From the IMG/VR virus record IMGVR_UViG_3300037309_000023, positions 1 to 35,205 of that record: a DNA stretch of 35,205 bases; one strand, written 5' to 3'. A model generated the notes under the pieces. It did not search any database and was not told where the DNA came from. It saw only the letters and a program-made list of their open reading frames with translations. Positions within the stretch are counted from its first letter, which is position 1; the number at the start of each line of letters is the position of its first letter. The translations under genes were made by a program, and so were the position numbers. This DNA is from a virus (lineage: Duplodnaviria; Caudoviricetes). This document shows, piece by piece, positions 33,350 to 35,205 of this stretch.

Positions 33350-33735
33350 GACCGCTTCCTTTGGCGCTTGCGGGCGTCGTGCGCGTCTAGTTCGGCCTTG
33401 GCGAGGGCGGTCGCCTTGGCGAAGCGGCCGGACCCGGGGATCTCGAACGTGGATGCGAAGCCGTGGTGCGCGAGCGTCCGCATCTGCGATATCGAGATAT
33501 TGGCGCGGCCGGCATGGGTCCATTTATCCGGGCGCGACTTGTAGCGATCGGCGCCGGCCAAGGCCTCGAGCGCGCGCAGGGTGGCGAGGTCCAAGGCGAC
33601 CGCGCCGTGGGCGCCGGCAAGCACGGCGGAGACGCGGCCGGCATTGGCGGGGATGGGCGCCGTGGCCTGGGCCTTGGCGATGTCGGGAATGGTGCCGGTC
33701 TTGTTGCTGCCGGTCGCGGACGCGAAGCGGGTCAT
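33346..33735 (-). CDS. Hypothetical protein (possible winged-helix)
   Basis: GGGAG RBS, ATGA overlap; QMRTLAHHGFA segment and basic tail. Confidence 0.6.
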   Translation of the reverse strand: MTRFASATGSNKTGTIPDIAKAQATAPIPANAGRVSAVLAGAHGAVALDLATLRALEALAGADRYKSRPDKWTHAGRANISISQMRTLAHHGFASTFEIPGSGRFAKATALAKAELDAHDARKRQRKRS

Positions 33736-34031
33736 GTCCGATGCTCCCGAATGTAGGTCTTTGCTTGGGCGGCGTCGTAGTACTCGCCGGACCATTCATT
33801 CATGATCTCGCCGTCGGCCTGGGACACCGCGTCGATCAGCTCGCACAGGGCGTCTTTGTGGGCTTCGGTGCGTGCGTGTTGCATTGCCCCCGTGTTCGTG
33901 CCGCCGATGTTCGCCCATTTGGTCAAGGCATCTAGAAGTGGGGCCGAAAAATGCCCCCACCCCTTAACACTGCCCCACTTGAGAAACAGGATCGGGCGGT
34001 TCTCAATGGTCCCATTGGTTGTCTCGGTCAT
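33732..34031 (-). CDS. Hypothetical phage protein
   Basis: LKWGSVKGW...LCELID...NEWSGE..AKTYI; AAGGAG RBS. Confidence 0.7.
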   Translation of the reverse strand: MTETTNGTIENRPILFLKWGSVKGWGHFSAPLLDALTKWANIGGTNTGAMQHARTEAHKDALCELIDAVSQADGEIMNEWSGEYYDAAQAKTYIREHRT

Positions 34032-34225
34032 TGCGTGATCTCCTTGGCGGGCGCGGCGCGCATGGCGGGGCTGAAGTCGCCGCAAAAGTCGGCGGCCTTG
34101 GACTTGGGCCAGCCGGTCGTCGTGGGCGGCAAGCAATGGCAGTTGCCAAGCGCCCGATCGGGGTTGTTGGGCGGGTGCCCCTCAAGGGGGCGCCAATACA
34201 GGCAACGGTCGCAGCGATTGGACAT
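34028..34225 (-). CDS. Small Cys-rich, putative zinc-binding phage protein
   Basis: CDRC...GNCHCLPP...WP...DFCGDF; GGAGG RBS. Confidence 0.7.
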   Translation of the reverse strand: MSNRCDRCLYWRPLEGHPPNNPDRALGNCHCLPPTTTGWPKSKAADFCGDFSPAMRAAPAKEITQ

Positions 34226-34227
34226 GG

Positions 34228-34392
34228 TTAGCCTCCGATCAAGATGTGGATGACGACGCCCGCGACGACGCCGGCCGCGAAGGACGCCCAAAAGGCCGCG
34301 ATCTGGCGGGACCTGGTCGGCGCGGCGGGGCGCCACTGATCCTCGACGTAGTCCCGTGGCGCATCGCGGCCGACGTGATGCGTGTCACGCAT
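34228..34392 (-). CDS. Small membrane protein (54 aa, not in the ORF track)
   Basis: Hand-translated MRDTHHVG...IAAFWASFAAGVVAGVVIHILIGG*; GGAGG RBS; fills the operon gap. Confidence 0.6.
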   Translation of the reverse strand: MRDTHHVGRDAPRDYVEDQWRPAAPTRSRQIAAFWASFAAGVVAGVVIHILIGG

Positions 34393-34684
34393 GACGGCCT
34401 CCTTCGGCTTCTTGCTTCATCGTGCAACGCGGTAAGAAAAAGCCGCTAACCTTGCCGGTGCGCCGGTTCATGTGGCGAGCAATGCCAGCGACATCGTGAA
34501 TAAGTGTCGCGTCGCTCGCGGCGAAAAGCTTCGGCCAATCAATTGGCGGGTTGCCGTTGACGCCGTCCGCCGCGCAAAGGTCCATTTGGAGACTTTCAAA
34601 GCCGCCCAATATATCGACCGCGCGAGGGGATATGCGCTCAATGACCACGCTGGCCTGGTCTTTACTGTCGGCGAACTTAACCAT
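34385..34684 (-). CDS. DUF6874-like protein
   Basis: MDLCA..NG.PPID...HDVAGIARHMNRRTG....FLPR motif. Confidence 0.7.
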   Translation of the reverse strand: MVKFADSKDQASVVIERISPRAVDILGGFESLQMDLCAADGVNGNPPIDWPKLFAASDATLIHDVAGIARHMNRRTGKVSGFFLPRCTMKQEAEGGRHA

Positions 34685-35078
34685 GACGGCCTCCCTCGAT
34701 CACGGCGAAGGCGCGGCGGGTGGCGGCTTCGGCCTCGGCGTGGGCGGTGGATAGGGGGCGCAGGCCGGCCGATCGGGGGAGGCCGGCCTGCGCGGGCGCG
34801 GCCTGGTGGCCGGTCATTTCCGGGGAGGAGGCCGGAACGCCGGGGACGGCCGCGCGATCGAAGGGGGAGACGGGGCGGGCGCCTCGCGCGGTGGCGATCC
34901 ACGCGTCAACGGCGGCGGCGGACCACCTGCCGGTGCCGGGGAGCGGCGCGGGAAAGCCGTGATCGCGCATCAAGACGGTGATCAAGCGCTCGCCATAGGA
35001 CGGGGAATATTGCAGCGCGGCGGCGATCTGCGCGCGCGTGACCGTGGGCCGGCCAAAGGGGGAAACGGATAGGGACAT
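34677..35078 (-). CDS. AlpA/excisionase-like DNA-binding protein
   Basis: TRAQIAAAL...GFPAPLPGTGRWSAAAVDAWI; GGGAGA RBS; first gene of the leftward operon. Confidence 0.7.
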   Translation of the reverse strand: MSLSVSPFGRPTVTRAQIAAALQYSPSYGERLITVLMRDHGFPAPLPGTGRWSAAAVDAWIATARGARPVSPFDRAAVPGVPASSPEMTGHQAAPAQAGLPRSAGLRPLSTAHAEAEAATRRAFAVIEGGRHG

Positions 35079-35126
35079 GGGCTTTCTCCCAAAGCTGCGA
35101 CGCAGCGATGGGAGGGAAGCTAACAT

Positions 35127-35164
35127 GCAAATTATGATTTGCAAGTGTGCAAATTTAGATTTGC
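35127..35164. promoter_or_regulatory. Operator array in the leftward promoter
   Basis: ATTTGCAAGTGTGCAAAT at 35137-35154 plus overlapping GCAAAT-N4-ATTTGC palindromes at 35127-35142 and 35149-35164. Confidence 0.75.
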
Positions 35165-35205
35165 GTAAGGCGTGTGCCATGGCGAGGCGATGCGGGCGGA
35201 TGACA

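Larger units (their letters stand above)
1..35205. mobile_element. Temperate podovirus-like bacteriophage, near-complete genome in excised (attP) configuration
   Basis: Phage genes throughout (terminase, portal, capsid, tail tube, ejection proteins, lysis, integrase); attP core has arm-like repeats on both sides; no host housekeeping genes. Confidence 0.95.

Overview
The window is essentially a whole ~35 kb, GC-rich temperate podovirus-type phage genome, probably of an alphaproteobacterium (inferred from the tRNA-Lys(CTT) att core and gene families). Both ends lie in the immunity region and no CI-type repressor gene is visible. Rightward arm: small HTH regulators, Toprim primase, P-loop helicase, a symmetric iteron origin, TerS, a non-coding gap, TerL, portal, scaffold, major capsid, a small capsid-associated protein and a paralogous fibre carrying an SGNH esterase, tail adaptor and nozzle, three ejection proteins (one lytic transglycosylase, one ~1970-aa ParB/zincin/LPD38-type polyvalent protein) and a lysis cassette. 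An intact attP follows, then a leftward early operon with a tyrosine integrase and an AlpA/Xis-like gene. I recognised no DNA or RNA polymerase, methyltransferase or conventional tail-fibre gene. Most notable: the esterase fibre appears anchored by a duplicated capsid-associated domain; the giant ejection protein has clamp-motif-like peptides; the second gene of each divergent operon is flanked by direct repeats; one gene appears to switch frame at C CCA AAG; and the capsid gene has a structured leader. All assignments come from reading motifs by eye, with no searches run.
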